Below, in pieces: positions 62,354 to 64,000 of a DNA stretch of 64,000 nt (its first letter is position 1; the number at the start of each line of letters is the position of its first letter). Position numbers and translations under genes: made by a program. This stretch comes from Andalucia godoyi And28 (Eukaryota > Protista > Jakobida): positions 62,001-126,000 of the forward strand of contig VRVR01000044.1 in NCBI GenBank assembly GCA_009859145.1, written 5' to 3'. A model generated the notes under the pieces. It was not told the origin of the DNA, did not search any database, and saw only the letters and a list, made by a program, of their open reading frames with translations.

Positions 62354-63235
62354 GGTGAATGTGACAAACAGCAAGGAAATCAAAGACCAAAAAAAACAAC
62401 AAAAAAACACAACAACATAATTAAAAAGAAGAAGAACGAGGGTTTTTGATCCATGCTTGTTTGGAGCAGACGACGATGCAAAGTTTACTGGCAGAGTGTG
62501 TGTAAGGATCAATAGAACGATGAGAAAAATAGCACAGACACTGTACAGCAGGAAATTGGTTTCGAGTCCAGTTGTATTTCGCAAGTGTGTTCCACGCGTT
62601 TGGCACCGGAGGGGGGGCGTGCTGCCACCACTCACCAGTACTTACATGGCTCTCCTGAGGGCCCTTGCCGCCACAGCAGGTCGCACGCCTTTTCCGCAAG
62701 CTGCCGGCTACGAATTCGCAGCCCGCATTCACTAGCTGTGGTGACGCTGTTTGGACCAGCGGGACAATTTTTCGCGGATGCGACTCAAACCGCGTCTTCA
62801 TACTTGAGTTTAGTTCTTTTCAAAGTTCCCACCACAACGCACTCCGCGCGCAGCCCGCAGAGCAACTCGATGTCAAGTTGTCTGTTCGGTTGCTGTTCTC
62901 GTTGCAACCGAGTCCCGTTCCATTTCCATCCGTGCATTCCTCCACTATGGCCGAGTAGCCGAGCCAGGAACGGGAGGGGGGGAGGAGCCATGAATGACCA
63001 CGCCCCTTCATTTCTTCTTCTTCTTCTCATTCTTATCTTCTTCTTCTTCTGATAATGATAACAACAACAATTATTTTTATCATTATCATTATTATTACTA
63101 TAATAATAATTATTATTGTTGTTGTTGTTTCCGTTTCGAAATTACTTTGGTTGTATTGAATTTTTTGGGTTTCTTTTTTCCCAACTATTTTGCTTCGCCG
63201 TCATACCACACACCGACATTTTCTTGTTGTACAAA

Positions 63236-64000
63236 ATGAACGAGCAATTATTGGAGCGTTGTCAACGCATGATGCTTGGAAAGCTTGCTGAACTTTGCGA
63301 CACTCATTCTTTGGCGCAGAGCAAACAGTCCGTCTCAGCAATGCTGCCTTCACAGCTCTCTTCTGCCCAAAGCGCAAATGGGCCCTTTCCGCCCTCAGAC
63401 CGAGGAGTGTTATGGCCCTTGGGACAGTTGGGTGGTGCGGACCCTTACAATGTGGCAATTGACGGATTTGAAGCGGATGAAGAAGAGCTGGCAAAACGCG
63501 TTGACGAGGCGTTCGAAGGACGAAAATCAGATATTCGCTCTCCGTTGGGAACAACACAGGAAACGGACTCGAATGAAGACGGAGATGAGGACGACGACGA
63601 GGACGACGAGGACGATAATGACGAAGATGAAGGCACAGAGAACGTTGGTGCTGATGTTGATGACGACGACGATGACGACGAGGAGGAGAACGATGAAGAA
63701 GTCCCAGACAGCGAAGAGGACAGCGGGGAGCGTGAAGGAATGGAGATAAGAGAGGATGCACGCCGAAGCGCACGTTTTCGAAATCGGAGTGGGCGCGTCA
63801 CCGAGTCTCCAGAGCTTGCATTGTCGAGGGATCCGTTATCGGATCCGAAACTGAAGGCGGCGCTGCGAAAGCGGAGGGATACGCAGGCCCGATTACAAGC
63901 TCTCATGGGGCCGTCGCCGTTGTTTCTTGATTCTAACGAACTTATCCGGGGACCGGAGGTTATGCTGCGGAAACACTCGAGTCGAGACAAACAAGAGCGT
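63236..64000 (+). CDS. Uncharacterised protein with a long acidic tract, 3' partial
   Basis: The frame is open from the ATG at 63236 (MNEQLLERCQ) to the window end and has a D/E-rich tract. It is absent from the ORF track because there is no stop in the window. Confidence 0.75.
   Translation, partial: MNEQLLERCQRMMLGKLAELCDTHSLAQSKQSVSAMLPSQLSSAQSANGPFPPSDRGVLWPLGQLGGADPYNVAIDGFEADEEELAKRVDEAFEGRKSDIRSPLGTTQETDSNEDGDEDDDEDDEDDNDEDEGTENVGADVDDDDDDDEEENDEEVPDSEEDSGEREGMEIREDARRSARFRNRSGRVTESPELALSRDPLSDPKLKAALRKRRDTQARLQALMGPSPLFLDSNELIRGPEVMLRKHSSRDKQER

Noticed and set aside
62639-62652. TACTTACATGG resembling the U1 snRNA 5' end
   Set aside because: It lacks the U1 loop II and Sm site, and is better explained as the reverse complement of a 5' splice site.
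63445-63990. 181-aa Ser-rich minus-strand ORF
   Set aside because: It is the antisense shadow of the acidic tract in the plus-strand gene starting at 63236.

Overview
A gene-dense, intron-poor eukaryotic window using the standard genetic code. It comes from a flagellated protist, judged from CEP78, DNAAF9 and DNAI3-like genes. A jakobid such as Andalucia is only a guess from genome style. About 25 mostly single-exon genes are separated by short, microsatellite-rich spacers. Recognisable housekeeping genes are an ankyrin-DHHC palmitoyltransferase, RPL31, a HIG1 protein, DOP1, two H2B copies, a PDXDC1-like gene, USP5, RBBP4, a ceramide synthase and a spliced COX6A. Three accessory patches stand out. 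(1) About 11.0-12.5 kb holds a compact, compositionally foreign cluster: a giant-virus-like metallophosphoesterase, small ORFs and a broken F-box ORF. (2) About 50-55.9 kb is a decayed island with a BED-finger/hAT transposase pseudogene and a secreted-protein pseudogene. (3) About 60.8-61.5 kb is a frameshifted TnpB/Fanzor2-like remnant with a hairpin-rich 3' tail that may be an omegaRNA. Notable host proteins are a DENN-IQ protein ending in a NACK-kinesin-like domain, a polo kinase with a PLK4-like cryptic polo box, an RRM plus degenerate NYN protein and a membrane-anchored SEC-C protein. All family assignments come from motif recognition by eye. No searches were run.
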